Positions 7,767 through 18,013 of a DNA stretch of 64,000 bases are shown here, piece by piece. Numbering within the stretch: the stretch's first letter is position 1; every line of letters begins with the position of its first letter. The notes below the pieces were generated by a model, which worked only from the letters and a program-made list of their open reading frames with translations, was not told where the DNA came from and ran no database searches. Location of the stretch: positions 35,881-99,880 of the forward strand of contig CAYORS010000001.1 in NCBI GenBank assembly GCA_964406475.1. Direction: 5' to 3'. This stretch comes from an uncultured Candidatus Saccharibacteria bacterium. GTDB lineage: Bacteria; Patescibacteriota; Minisyncoccia; Phycocordibacterales; CAIRYW01. The translations under genes and the position numbers were made by a program.

Positions 7767-8474
7767 ATGAAAGCTGATAATAACGACGGAATCCCATTCA
7801 CCTTGGGATTGTTTTGGGAAATGCTCAAAGCGTCAGAAGGCACGTCTGGGATAACACACATTTGGCTTTTCCTGAACAAGAAAAGATTAGGTAAGAAGAA
7901 AGATCCTGCTGAACTCAATCCTTTGTTACATCTATGTTGCAAAAGGAGAGGTTTCAGCGAGAGCTTCTTCTTTTTACTTGGTGTCTTTTTAACATCAGCA
8001 ATCCTCTTTACTTTTACAATCCCAATGAATAAGGGAGGTGATGGGGGTAATGTAGGTCTTGCTTCAGGAGTGGTGGCTTTGGTTTCTTTTTTTTTACTAC
8101 TACTTAGTATCTGGGACTACAATGAACAGCATAAGGTCATCGAAGAGGTGGAAGGTCGGATCAAAGAATATTACAAACACTTCGCAGACAATATAATCCG
8201 CTGGGATGACATTCGTCCTGCGGTGCGGATTTATTACACCCTTGCAAAAGCAGAAATTGAAACTGAAGAAAGTAAACGACACAAGAACAAAGGACTGTTC
8301 GATCTCGCCACGCAATTACTTTGTGGCGAGTCAATTGATACTGTCTATAAAGACGTGCATGGCAGGATCATCAAACCCTTTATGGTTTCGAACGTTCCTG
8401 CAAGTGAACGAGACATCACCCTACTTCGACTGACAGAGGAGTTTCTGGGGTATTCGAGCCCTGTTGCTCAATAG
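7767..8474 (+). CDS. Hypothetical membrane protein
   Basis: Hydrophobic segments in the middle third. Followed by an intrinsic terminator. Confidence 0.5.
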   Translation: MKADNNDGIPFTLGLFWEMLKASEGTSGITHIWLFLNKKRLGKKKDPAELNPLLHLCCKRRGFSESFFFLLGVFLTSAILFTFTIPMNKGGDGGNVGLASGVVALVSFFLLLLSIWDYNEQHKVIEEVEGRIKEYYKHFADNIIRWDDIRPAVRIYYTLAKAEIETEESKRHKNKGLFDLATQLLCGESIDTVYKDVHGRIIKPFMVSNVPASERDITLLRLTEEFLGYSSPVAQ

Positions 8475-8487
8475 ACAATGTCCCACC

Positions 8488-8524
8488 GCCTCGCAAAGCC
8501 CTACGGCTTTGCGAGGCATTTTTT
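8488..8524 (+). terminator. Intrinsic terminator (gcctcgcaaagcc-ctac-ggctttgcgaggc plus T-run)
   Basis: 13-bp perfect stem followed by ATTTTTTG. Confidence 0.65.
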
Positions 8525-8654
8525 GTCAAAAATGCCTTTTTGTGATTTAATAATACCATTATTATATGTAGCCCTTGCATATAGGTTTGAAGTCTGTTAG
8601 ACACAGAAATCTTCAAATTTACATTGCGAGGACTACTCAATTAGACACAACATT

Positions 8655-10751
8655 ATGCAATCAAAAGAATACACATTGGATGTTGCGGGATACCCGCTTA
8701 CAGCCACATTTACTGACCTTGCCGATCAGGCACAAGGATCTGTCTTGCTCTCATATCGAGACACAACACTCCTTGCTACTGCATGTATGGGCAAGAAAGA
8801 CAAAGACAGCGACTTCTTCCCGCTTACAGTTGACCTCGAAGAGAGATTCTACGCAGCAGGCAAGATCCTCGGATCACAATTCATTCGTCGAGAAGGACGT
8901 CCATCAGATGATGCAATCCTCGCGGGTCGCGTTGTAGACCGTACTATAAGACCACTCTTTGATCAGATGATACGACGAGATATCCAAGTTGTTGTCACGA
9001 CACTAGCACTCGGAGATGCAGAGGTAGACACACTCGGTGTTATCGCGGCGTCTCTTGCGCTTGCAACAAGTAATATTCCATTTAACGGTCCTGTATCTGG
9101 AGTACATATAGGATATATCGGAGGCAAGATGGTAGTAAACCCGTCATTTGAAGATGTGAAGAACAATCCATTTTATTTTGATGTGACAGTCTGTGGTAAA
9201 GATTCAAATATCACAATGATAGAGACATCTGCAAAAGAAATCGGAAACGATGTAGCAGGCGAAGCACTCGATGTAGCAAGTAAAACAATTGAAGAAATCC
9301 AAATCTGGCAGAAAAAGATTGTTGCTGAGATTGGCAAGCCAAAGACAGTTATCGAAGTCAAGAAAGCACCAGAAGGAATTGCAGAACTCTTTGAAGAAAA
9401 AGTGGGTGCCAAGTTTTATGATGCAGTCTTTGCAGGTCCAGGTAAGGAATCAATGTATAAACTGACTGATGAATGGGTAGCGGCGTACACAGAGAAGTAC
9501 CCAGAAGAAAAAACATTCTTTGCACACCAATATATCGAAGACAAAATCAATGATCTCATTCACAAAGAAGCAATCGAAAAAGGCAAACGACCAGATGGAC
9601 GAGGAGTAGACGAAGTCCGACCACTTTTTGCAAAAGCAGGTGGGGTGTCAAAGGTGCTCCATGGATCAGGAATATTCTACCGAGGGGGGACTCATGTTTT
9701 TTCTGCAGTTACACTCGGCGCTCCTGGTGATGCTCAGACTATAGAGACAATCAAAACAAGTGGTGAGAAAAGATTTATGCACCACTACAACTTCCCACCA
9801 TACTCAGTAGGTGAGCCAGGACGAATGGGAGGACTCAATAGACGAATGGTAGGACACGGATACCTCGCAGAGAAATCTCTCGCACAAGTAATCCCATCGA
9901 AAGAAGTATTTCCATATACTATCCGTATTGTATCTGAATCTACCGCATCAAATGGTAGTACATCAATGGGATCTGTGTGTGCATCTTCACTTGCACTTAT
10001 GGATGCTGGAGTACCAATCTCAGCACCTGTAGCTGGTATTGCATCAGGACTCATGATGGAGACACCAGAGAAGTACGCACTCATCACTGATATCCAAGGA
10101 CCAGAAGATCATCACGGGGATATGGACTTCAAGGTGGCAGGAACACGAAAGGGTATCACAGGAATCCAAATGGATATCAAAGTAGATGGCATCCCAGTCA
10201 AGATTTTGAAGGAAGCACTTGTGAAAGCAGAGAAGGCTCGACTCCAGATCCTTGATGTTATTGAAAAAGAAATCTCTGCTCCTCGAGCTGATATTTCTCC
10301 TCGAGCACCAAAAATACTTTCAGCAAAAATCAAAGTCGATCAGATCGGACTTGTGATCGGTACAGGAGGCAAGACCATCAAGGAAATTATGGAAAAGACT
10401 GGTGCGCAAATCGATATCGATGATGATGGAACAGTATTCTTTACAGGCACAAACGGAAGTGCAGATGAGGCGAAGAAAATCGTCCTCGATATGACACGCG
10501 AAATCAAGATGGGGGAGAAATTCGATGCAGAGATTACAAAAGTGGTTGAGTTTGGCGCATTCGCTAGACTTGCAGGACAGACAGAAGGACTCATTCATGT
10601 ATCAGAAATTGCACCATTTAGAGTTGACCGAGTGGGAGATTATCTCAAAGAGGGAATGGTAGTACCAGTAGTGGTAAAGGGAGTAGATGAGAGAGGAAAG
10701 ATCAGTCTTTCAATCAAGCAAATTGCTCCGGAAAAATTTAAACAAAAATAG
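8655..10751 (+). CDS. pnp: Polyribonucleotide nucleotidyltransferase (PNPase) with C-terminal KH and S1 domains
   Basis: 698 aa with two RNase PH-like domains, FPPYSVGE motif, KH (GLVIGTGGKTIK) and S1 segments. Confidence 0.9.
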   Translation: MQSKEYTLDVAGYPLTATFTDLADQAQGSVLLSYRDTTLLATACMGKKDKDSDFFPLTVDLEERFYAAGKILGSQFIRREGRPSDDAILAGRVVDRTIRPLFDQMIRRDIQVVVTTLALGDAEVDTLGVIAASLALATSNIPFNGPVSGVHIGYIGGKMVVNPSFEDVKNNPFYFDVTVCGKDSNITMIETSAKEIGNDVAGEALDVASKTIEEIQIWQKKIVAEIGKPKTVIEVKKAPEGIAELFEEKVGAKFYDAVFAGPGKESMYKLTDEWVAAYTEKYPEEKTFFAHQYIEDKINDLIHKEAIEKGKRPDGRGVDEVRPLFAKAGGVSKVLHGSGIFYRGGTHVFSAVTLGAPGDAQTIETIKTSGEKRFMHHYNFPPYSVGEPGRMGGLNRRMVGHGYLAEKSLAQVIPSKEVFPYTIRIVSESTASNGSTSMGSVCASSLALMDAGVPISAPVAGIASGLMMETPEKYALITDIQGPEDHHGDMDFKVAGTRKGITGIQMDIKVDGIPVKILKEALVKAEKARLQILDVIEKEISAPRADISPRAPKILSAKIKVDQIGLVIGTGGKTIKEIMEKTGAQIDIDDDGTVFFTGTNGSADEAKKIVLDMTREIKMGEKFDAEITKVVEFGAFARLAGQTEGLIHVSEIAPFRVDRVGDYLKEGMVVPVVVKGVDERGKISLSIKQIAPEKFKQK

Positions 10752-10755
10752 TTTT

Positions 10756-10787
10756 AAAAAACCACTGTATCAAACAGTGGTTTTTTA
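10756..10787. terminator. Bidirectional intrinsic terminator (aaaaaaccactgt-atcaa-acagtggtttttt)
   Basis: Perfect 8-bp stem flanked by A-run and T-run. Confidence 0.65.
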
Positions 10788-10827
10788 AAACTTTATACTT
10801 TTTACTTTTCACTTTATACTATATGAT

Positions 10828-11889
10828 ATGCCTCAATCATTTGAAGAAGGTGATGAAATAAAAAAACAGTATATGGAGAAAGTTCTCCAAGCTAATCAAG
10901 CAGATGCGCAAAATGCAAAGCTGACAGATCTTTTTGATAAAAACTCAATCATCTACAAAGCACAGCATCCAGAAGAAGAGGTAGAAGAGGAAATCAAAAA
11001 AGACATCCCGCCTCCACCTCCTACAACAGACAATGATGGGTACCCAAACCTCACACAAGTCCACACATTCAAAGCAGACCTTCAAGATATTGTGAGCAAA
11101 GACGACCTGTCTCTTTCTCGTATCGCAATGATGCAAGGCAAAGCCAATATTCCAACACCCATAAAAACAGAGAGAAGTCTTCAAAGTAAAATATATATTG
11201 GGGTCAGTATATTTCTTCTTTTTATTATGATTGGTATTGTGGGAGGGATTATAATGCTTTCAAATCAAAAAAATGTCGCCCCTGTACCCGTCGCACCCAA
11301 AGAACGATATATTATCTTTGCAGAGTCAAAACAAGAGATTGATATAACAAAAGTCACACGCACAGAGTTTGATGTGATTCTTACCGATGAAATCAAAAAG
11401 CTCAAAGAAGAAGACAATATAAAACAAATCATCCCTGTCATCATTGGAGATGAGGGCAAAAGAACCGCAACGCTTCAAGAATTTCTCGACAAACTCGGAA
11501 TGCACACACCCGATCAACTTGCTCGAGTGGTGGGTCAAAAATTCTTTTTTGGTCTGTATTCAAAAAAGGGAAGGACCGATCCGTTCCTTATCGCGTTCAC
11601 ATCTTCATACGATATTGCATATCCCAACCTTTTGGATTGGGAGGGGTCAATGAGTGAAGACTTCAACCCTGTGTTCCACACACAAACACGAAAAGAGGAT
11701 GGGAGTTTTGTACCTCTTGCATTCAAAGACCGCGTGATCTTTAACAAAGACGCTCGATCGCTTGAGACAACAGAGGGTCTTACATCTTTCTTCTACACCT
11801 TTCTTGATGATTACACTCTTTTGTTTTCAAAAACAAGTGACACAATGTCAAAGGTAATCACACGACTTCGAGAAGCGCAATTCCAATAA
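10828..11889 (+). CDS. Hypothetical membrane-anchored protein (Pro-rich N-terminal region, single TM)
   Basis: TM segment IYIGVSIFLLFIMIGIVGGIIMLS. No family recognised. Confidence 0.5.
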   Translation: MPQSFEEGDEIKKQYMEKVLQANQADAQNAKLTDLFDKNSIIYKAQHPEEEVEEEIKKDIPPPPPTTDNDGYPNLTQVHTFKADLQDIVSKDDLSLSRIAMMQGKANIPTPIKTERSLQSKIYIGVSIFLLFIMIGIVGGIIMLSNQKNVAPVPVAPKERYIIFAESKQEIDITKVTRTEFDVILTDEIKKLKEEDNIKQIIPVIIGDEGKRTATLQEFLDKLGMHTPDQLARVVGQKFFFGLYSKKGRTDPFLIAFTSSYDIAYPNLLDWEGSMSEDFNPVFHTQTRKEDGSFVPLAFKDRVIFNKDARSLETTEGLTSFFYTFLDDYTLLFSKTSDTMSKVITRLREAQFQ

Positions 11890-11907
11890 TAAAAGATTGT
11901 CTTGGGA

Positions 11908-11940
11908 AACACACAGTCCTTATCGGCTGTGTGTTTTTTG
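11908..11940 (+). terminator. Intrinsic terminator (acacacag...ctgtgtgt plus T6)
   Basis: Read directly. Confidence 0.6.
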
Positions 11941-12015
11941 GATGTATATTTTTTGTTGCAATGCTAAAATAAATCTGTTTGTTTTTATTAAAGTTTTGAT
12001 TTTTAATTTTAAATT

Positions 12016-13572
12016 TTGATCTTTATGTCTTTTTCTCAAATTTTTAGTGGACAAAGTGATTGTCTCGGTGCAACCATTGTCACCGTAGAGTCTGATATAT
12101 CTCGCGGACTCTATTCTTTTAATCTTGTAGGTCTTCCCGACAAAGCGGTCGAGGAGTCTCGCGATAGAGTAAGTAGTGCTATCAAAAACAGCGGGTTTTC
12201 ATCTCCAAAATCACAAAACCATAAAATTGTAATTTCTCTTGCTCCAGCGGATATCAAAAAAGAAGGCCCCGCCTTTGATCTGCCTATTGCACTTTCTTAT
12301 CTTCTTTCATCAGGTGAGATTGTTTTTGATACTAACAAAAAACTTTTTTTAGGTGAACTAGCCCTTTCAGGAGAAATACGCCCAGTAAACGGTGTGCTGT
12401 CTATCGTCCGAGAAGCAAAGAAAAAAGGATTTGAGGAAATTTATGTACCAAAAGATAATTCCAAAGAAGCTGCTCTTATAAAAGATATTGTGATTTATCC
12501 TGTATCTACTCTTGAAGAAATAATCAGTCACCTTGACCAAAAAGAAAGTGAAATAATAAAAACAAAAATACTTCCAAGCAAAGAAACCTCTATTGAAAAT
12601 TTTGAAACCAACGAAGAAGAGGTGGATTTTGCACACATCAAAGGCCACGAAAGTGCCAAGAGAGCACTCGAAATAGCAGCGGCAGGAGGGCATAATATTC
12701 TTATGTGGGGTCCACCAGGAACAGGGAAGACAATGCTCGCAAAAGCATTCCAAGGCATACTTCCCAATCTTTCATATGAAGACATCCTTGAAGCAACGAG
12801 CATCCACGGAAGCGTAGGTGCGCTCAAAAATACAATCATTACAAAACCTCCATTTCGATCACCACATCATACATCAAGTCATATTGCTATAGTGGGAGGT
12901 GGAGCACAACTTCGTCCAGGTGAGATTACCCTTGCACACAAAGGAGTTCTTTTCCTCGATGAGTTCCCTGAGTTTGATAGGCGTGTCATCGAATCTCTTC
13001 GTGAACCACTTGAAGAAAGAATTATTAAAGTCTCTCGTGCTAAAGGCACTGCCACATTTCCTGCAGACTTTATTCTGATTGCAGCAATGAATCCTTGTCC
13101 TTGCGGTAATTTTGGAAGTAAAAAAAGATGCACCTGTAATATTCTTGCAGTCCAAAAATATCAGCGCAAAATTTCAGGACCCATACTCGACAGAATTGAT
13201 ATTTGGATAGAAGTAGGGGAAGTCGATCATAAAACACTTAATACCAAAAAGGAAAGTGAAAATTCTGATGTGGTACGCCAACGAGTCAAAGATGCACGAC
13301 GAAGACAATACGAAAGAGCAGTCACACACAAAATGAAAACGGCACGGAACAGCGACATCAAAGCAAAATACATAAATGCAGTCGCCAATATAGAAAAAGA
13401 TGCAGAAAAAATCTTAACTGACTCAGGAGACAAGCTGGCTCTTTCTCCCCGTGCGTATCATAGAACCATTCGCCTCGCACGAACCATTGCAGATCTTGAA
13501 AAATCACAAACAATCAAAATCCCTCATATCCTTGAGGCATTACAATACAGACAAAAGAGGGAAGTTCTTTAA
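12016..13572 (+). CDS. comM: Mg-chelatase-like AAA+ protein YifB/ComM
   Basis: Lon-like N-terminal domain, Walker A GPPGTGKTMLAK, C-terminal MgChel domain. Confidence 0.8.
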   Translation: MIFMSFSQIFSGQSDCLGATIVTVESDISRGLYSFNLVGLPDKAVEESRDRVSSAIKNSGFSSPKSQNHKIVISLAPADIKKEGPAFDLPIALSYLLSSGEIVFDTNKKLFLGELALSGEIRPVNGVLSIVREAKKKGFEEIYVPKDNSKEAALIKDIVIYPVSTLEEIISHLDQKESEIIKTKILPSKETSIENFETNEEEVDFAHIKGHESAKRALEIAAAGGHNILMWGPPGTGKTMLAKAFQGILPNLSYEDILEATSIHGSVGALKNTIITKPPFRSPHHTSSHIAIVGGGAQLRPGEITLAHKGVLFLDEFPEFDRRVIESLREPLEERIIKVSRAKGTATFPADFILIAAMNPCPCGNFGSKKRCTCNILAVQKYQRKISGPILDRIDIWIEVGEVDHKTLNTKKESENSDVVRQRVKDARRRQYERAVTHKMKTARNSDIKAKYINAVANIEKDAEKILTDSGDKLALSPRAYHRTIRLARTIADLEKSQTIKIPHILEALQYRQKREVL

Positions 13573-13585
13573 TCTAGAAATACAC

Positions 13586-14593
13586 TTAATTAAAAGGGTT
13601 CCAGTTTCGAGTACCGAGAATTTCAAAGTGAAGATGTGAACCTGTCGAATTACCACTTGAACCCATTTTACCAATAAGATATCCTTGTGACACTTTTGAT
13701 CCTGCGGATATTTCTACAGAAGAAAGGTGGGCATAGAGAGTTTGCATCCCATTACTGTGTTCAATAACAATATAATTACCGTACCCTCCGTTCCAGCCTG
13801 ATGTTTTTGCAACAATCACCTTACCATCCGCTGCTGCATATACAGGGGTACCAATAGATGAAGCAATATCAACAGCTGTTTTATTTTTACCATGGAGTCC
13901 CTGAGTTTTTATTCCTGTTGTTGGTTTTATAAAATATCCTTTAGAAGCTACTTTACCCGTTTGTTTGACTGGTGTACTTGTTTGTGATGACGCAGTAGAT
14001 GAGTGCACTTCTCCATCAGGAATAATAATCTCATCACCCACAGAAAGACTGTAGTTTGCAGGAAGATTGTTGAAAGAAATGATTTCATCCACATCCCCAC
14101 TGTATTTTTGAGCAATACTTTTTAAAGTATCACCTTTTTTGATTGTATATTTAATACCAGAAATAGGCAAAATGATAAGTTCTTGACCTTTTTTGAGCTC
14201 TTTGGCACTTTTTAGGTCATTTGCCCACAAGACTGTATTAGGAGACACACCGAACATTGTAGCTATCTGACTTAAACTATCTCCTTCACGAACCACGTAC
14301 ACACTTACCTTGTCTTGATTAAGAATTTTCTCTTCAACTTCCCGTGTTGTACCCGCTGGTCCTGAAGGGGTCTCCAGCACACTATCATCAACAATAAAGA
14401 GATCTGTTTGTTTGGTTGGGTTCGGGTTTAGGTTGATAGCCGCTTCAAGAACCGGAGCTGTTTGCGAATTTGATGACTGGCGTTTCTCATCATTATTTGT
14501 GTCTGCAGAAACTGGTGTACTACCCAAAAAATCAGTCAAAAAAGACATAACACTAGCATTCGTTGTGGACGGCAAAAAGACGATAAAAAACAA
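13586..14593 (-). CDS. Secreted LysM-domain M23 family peptidoglycan metalloendopeptidase
   Basis: Two LysM repeats (YVVREGDSLSQIA..., YTIKKGDTLKSIA...). C-terminal M23 signature YGNYIVIEH...GSSGNSTGSHLHFEI. Confidence 0.8.
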   Translation of the reverse strand: MFFIVFLPSTTNASVMSFLTDFLGSTPVSADTNNDEKRQSSNSQTAPVLEAAINLNPNPTKQTDLFIVDDSVLETPSGPAGTTREVEEKILNQDKVSVYVVREGDSLSQIATMFGVSPNTVLWANDLKSAKELKKGQELIILPISGIKYTIKKGDTLKSIAQKYSGDVDEIISFNNLPANYSLSVGDEIIIPDGEVHSSTASSQTSTPVKQTGKVASKGYFIKPTTGIKTQGLHGKNKTAVDIASSIGTPVYAAADGKVIVAKTSGWNGGYGNYIVIEHSNGMQTLYAHLSSVEISAGSKVSQGYLIGKMGSSGNSTGSHLHFEILGTRNWNPFN

Positions 14594-14816
14594 AAGAAAA
14601 GAGCATAGCAGTGATTTTGTAGAAATATGATGCTCTTTAACTATTTTTTTTAGAGTTTTTTTACTATTTTCAAAAGAGTAAATAAGCTTAATTTAATGGT
14701 AATTCTTGGGTGTGGCCTTATTTTGCAACATAAAAATGCAAATCCTTTCCGTATACAAACCTATACTATTAATACTAGACAATAGGGGTGCAAAGTCAAC
14801 CATACATACATATACC

Positions 14817-14830
14817 TGTGGATAGTCGAA
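14817..14830 (-). promoter_or_regulatory. DnaA-box-like element (CTATCCACAG with conserved CGA flank) in the pcrA promoter region
   Basis: Reverse complement tcgaCTATCCACAG resembles the 14-mer at 251-264 and 3037-3050. Confidence 0.3.
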
Positions 14831-14846
14831 TATGTGATATATTTTT

Positions 14847-16823
14847 ATGATGAATACACAAAACGAACCTCACTATCTGAAATCCCTAAATCCCCAGCAA
14901 AAACAAGCTGTTTTAACCACCGAAGGACCTCTCCTTATCCTTGCGGGAGCTGGAGCAGGTAAAACAAAGACTATAACCCATCGAATCTTACACCTAATAA
15001 AACAGGGAAACAGACCTTCGTCAATACTTGCAATCACATTTACCAACAAATCAGCGGGAGAAATGCGAGAACGGGTAAAGAGACTCCTCGAGGAGGACCG
15101 CGACCTCAATCAGCCCGTGAGTTTAGACGAACATCCATTTGTATCAACCTTTCACTCACTAGGAGTACACATGATCAAGGAAAATTCATCATACTTCAAT
15201 CTGCCTCGGCACTTTGGTATATTCGACAAAGGGGATTCAAAGACGGCAATCAAACACGCAATGGAGCTTTTTGGAGTCGACCCCAAGATAAACGAACCTA
15301 CCAAGTTTATGCATATGATTTCGAAGTACAAAAGTGACGGGATCACAATAGATGATTTCTTGAAGAAGGAACCGAAGGGCTATACAGAGGAGATGCTTGC
15401 AAAAGTCTGGAAAGAATACGAATACACCCTATCCAAGGAAAAGGCACTCGACTTTGATGATCTACTACTCAAGACACTCAAGCTCCTCGAAGACCCTCAA
15501 ATACTTGCCAAGTATCAAAATCGCTGGAAATACATCCATATAGATGAATATCAAGACACAAATAGAGTGCAGTACGATATCGCGAAACTCCTCGCAAGCA
15601 AAGACCATAATATCGCAGTTGTGGGTGACATCGATCAATCAATCTACTCATGGCGCGGGGCTGATTTCAAAAACATCATGCGATTTGAAAAAGATTTTAG
15701 TGGTACAACAGAAATACTTCTCGAGCAGAACTATAGGTCAACAAAAACCATTCTTTCTGTGGCAAATACAGTGATTGCCAAAAACATAATGAGAAAAGAA
15801 AAAAACCTCTTTACCCACAATGAAGATGGTGATCAAATATCGCTTTATATTGCAGGTGATGAGAAAGACGAGGCAAGCTTCATCGCTCGCACAGCAAAAA
15901 TGCTTGTCGCCCAAGGCGTCAGGCCAGGTGAGATTGCGGTGCTTTATCGTGCGAACTTCCAGTCACGAGTGATAGAAGAAGCCTGTATTAAAAAAGAATT
16001 GGCATATGAACTCATCGGCACAAAATTCTTTGAACGCAAAGAAGTAAAAGAAGTTCTCTCATATATTAGAGGAGCACTGAATCCCGATTCGCTCTCTGAT
16101 TTAAAGCGCATCATCAATGTTCCAGCACGCGGTATCGGCAAGGTCACAATGCTCAAGATTTTTGAAGGGGGAGAAAGTGAACTCACTGGAGCAGTCAAAG
16201 TAAAGATCGAAAAGTGGAGAGAGCTCCTCCAAGAAATCAAAGTCAAAGCAGAAACCGTAGTGCCAAGCGAAGTGGTAAAATACGTTATCAGGAATTCAGG
16301 ACTCGAACAGATGTATATGGAAGATAAGATAGAAGGAACAGAAAGACTCGGAAACATCAAAGAACTCGTAACTATTGCCACAGGATATGATGCTTATGAT
16401 GTAGGCGAAGGGATCGAAAAATTCCTTGAACACACAGCCCTATCAAGCGATCAAGACGAAGTTGACAAAAAAGAGGGTATAAAACTTATGACTATTCACG
16501 CATCAAAGGGTCTCGAATTTGAGTATGTATTTATAGGTGGTCTCGAACAAGGACAATTCCCAAGCGAGAGAATGGGCAAGGAAACCAAAGAAGATAGCGA
16601 GGAAGAGAGGAGACTTTTCTATGTGGCACTCACTCGAGCCAGAAAAAAGATCTATCTTTCATACACTCAGATGCGAACTATCTATGGATCAAGACAAATC
16701 AATGTCCCTTCAGAATTCCTCTCTGATATTGGTGAGGAATTCCTCCAATACGAAAACAGGGCACCAAGTGGCGAAGTAGATTGGAGTAAAGGACTTTTAC
16801 AATTTGATGATATAGAATTTTAG
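14847..16823 (+). CDS. pcrA: ATP-dependent DNA helicase, UvrD/PcrA/Rep family (compact 658-aa form)
   Basis: N-terminal LNPQQKQAV, Walker A GAGAGKTKT, and helicase motifs through the C-terminus. Confidence 0.85.
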   Translation: MMNTQNEPHYLKSLNPQQKQAVLTTEGPLLILAGAGAGKTKTITHRILHLIKQGNRPSSILAITFTNKSAGEMRERVKRLLEEDRDLNQPVSLDEHPFVSTFHSLGVHMIKENSSYFNLPRHFGIFDKGDSKTAIKHAMELFGVDPKINEPTKFMHMISKYKSDGITIDDFLKKEPKGYTEEMLAKVWKEYEYTLSKEKALDFDDLLLKTLKLLEDPQILAKYQNRWKYIHIDEYQDTNRVQYDIAKLLASKDHNIAVVGDIDQSIYSWRGADFKNIMRFEKDFSGTTEILLEQNYRSTKTILSVANTVIAKNIMRKEKNLFTHNEDGDQISLYIAGDEKDEASFIARTAKMLVAQGVRPGEIAVLYRANFQSRVIEEACIKKELAYELIGTKFFERKEVKEVLSYIRGALNPDSLSDLKRIINVPARGIGKVTMLKIFEGGESELTGAVKVKIEKWRELLQEIKVKAETVVPSEVVKYVIRNSGLEQMYMEDKIEGTERLGNIKELVTIATGYDAYDVGEGIEKFLEHTALSSDQDEVDKKEGIKLMTIHASKGLEFEYVFIGGLEQGQFPSERMGKETKEDSEEERRLFYVALTRARKKIYLSYTQMRTIYGSRQINVPSEFLSDIGEEFLQYENRAPSGEVDWSKGLLQFDDIEF

Positions 16824-16856
16824 CCTTTATCAAAAAACTATGATATATATTGGAAT

Positions 16857-17630
16857 ATGATTAGTCCCAAAAAATCTCTTGGTCAGAATTTTTTAACATC
16901 ACAAAAAGCTCTGTCCTCTATCATACACGCCGGAAATATATTAAAAGATGAGATTGTTCTTGAGATTGGCCCAGGTAAAGGTGCACTCACAGAAAAGCTT
17001 TTAGAAAAAGGTGCGAAAGTTATCGCCATAGAAAAAGATAGAGAGCTTATCCCAGTACTTCAAGAAAAATTTAAAGAAAAAATAACATCAAAACAACTCA
17101 CACTTATCGAAGGAGACATTCTTGAGCTTACAGTAGCGAATATATTGAAGAGTAAAAAAGTGAAAGAATACAAACTCATTGCTAATATTCCTTACTACAT
17201 AACCGGTGAAATCATCCGAAAATTTTTTGAAGAAAAATATCAACCCGTACGAATGGTTCTTCTTGTTCAAAAGGAAGTAGCAGAAAGAATAGTTGCCAAA
17301 GACAAAAAAGAAAGTATTCTTTCTATTGCTTGTAAAGCATACGGAACTCCTTACTATATTGAGACAGTAAAAAGAGGCTCTTTTAATCCAAGTCCAAATG
17401 TGGATTCAGCAATAATACTTTTTGATTGCATCAATAGAGATATTTTTGGATCTGTATCAGAAGAACTCTTTTTTAAAGTTCTCAAAACAGGTTTCGCTCA
17501 CAAACGCAAAAAACTTGGAGGCAATCTCTCTTCATTAAAAAACATACTAAAAAAACCTGTGTTTGAATTTCTAAAAGACAAAAGGCCAGAAAACCTTTGT
17601 GTAAAAGACTGGATAGATCTTATTAATTGA
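16857..17630 (+). CDS. rsmA: 16S rRNA (adenine1518/1519-N6)-dimethyltransferase KsgA/RsmA
   Basis: N-terminal SLGQNFL, SAM-binding EIGPGKGALT. Confidence 0.85.
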   Translation: MISPKKSLGQNFLTSQKALSSIIHAGNILKDEIVLEIGPGKGALTEKLLEKGAKVIAIEKDRELIPVLQEKFKEKITSKQLTLIEGDILELTVANILKSKKVKEYKLIANIPYYITGEIIRKFFEEKYQPVRMVLLVQKEVAERIVAKDKKESILSIACKAYGTPYYIETVKRGSFNPSPNVDSAIILFDCINRDIFGSVSEELFFKVLKTGFAHKRKKLGGNLSSLKNILKKPVFEFLKDKRPENLCVKDWIDLIN

Positions 17631-18009
17631 GAGTTGTTCCTGTTCCTGGCATTGTTCCGTATTGACCATAGTTGTATTGAATAACGTAACAACTATATGT
17701 TCCTTCAACCCAACAATGCTGTCCTGTTGGCGCATAAGTTCCGAGTTGATAAAGGCCATCACCATTGTACCACTCATAAAACTTTGAACTCATATCTTTG
17801 TAAAGAGGAAGTGTCATATTGGTACGATAATCCATAATAAAATGGGTGTTTCCTCCACAATCGCACACAGAAGAATCATAAGTAATTGTATGCATTCCAC
17901 CAAAAGGAGTTTCTACTGCACTTTCTACCGCTTTATTATAATCAATAGATATAACCAATACTGCAAAAAAAATAACAACGGTTATTGAAAAAAAATAACG
18001 TTTAATCAT
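17623..18009 (-). CDS. Small secreted or anchored Cys-containing hypothetical protein
   Basis: N-terminal TM or signal segment (MIKRYFFSITVVIFFAVLVIS). Start set at the second Met. Overlaps the rsmA 3' end by 8 nt. Confidence 0.45.
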   Translation of the reverse strand: MIKRYFFSITVVIFFAVLVISIDYNKAVESAVETPFGGMHTITYDSSVCDCGGNTHFIMDYRTNMTLPLYKDMSSKFYEWYNGDGLYQLGTYAPTGQHCWVEGTYSCYVIQYNYGQYGTMPGTGTTLN

Positions 18010-18013
18010 AAAA

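Noticed and set aside
8963-10598. Multiple 60-100-aa minus-strand ORFs inside pnp and other large genes
   Set aside because: Antisense ORFs within well-supported coding regions, typical six-frame noise.
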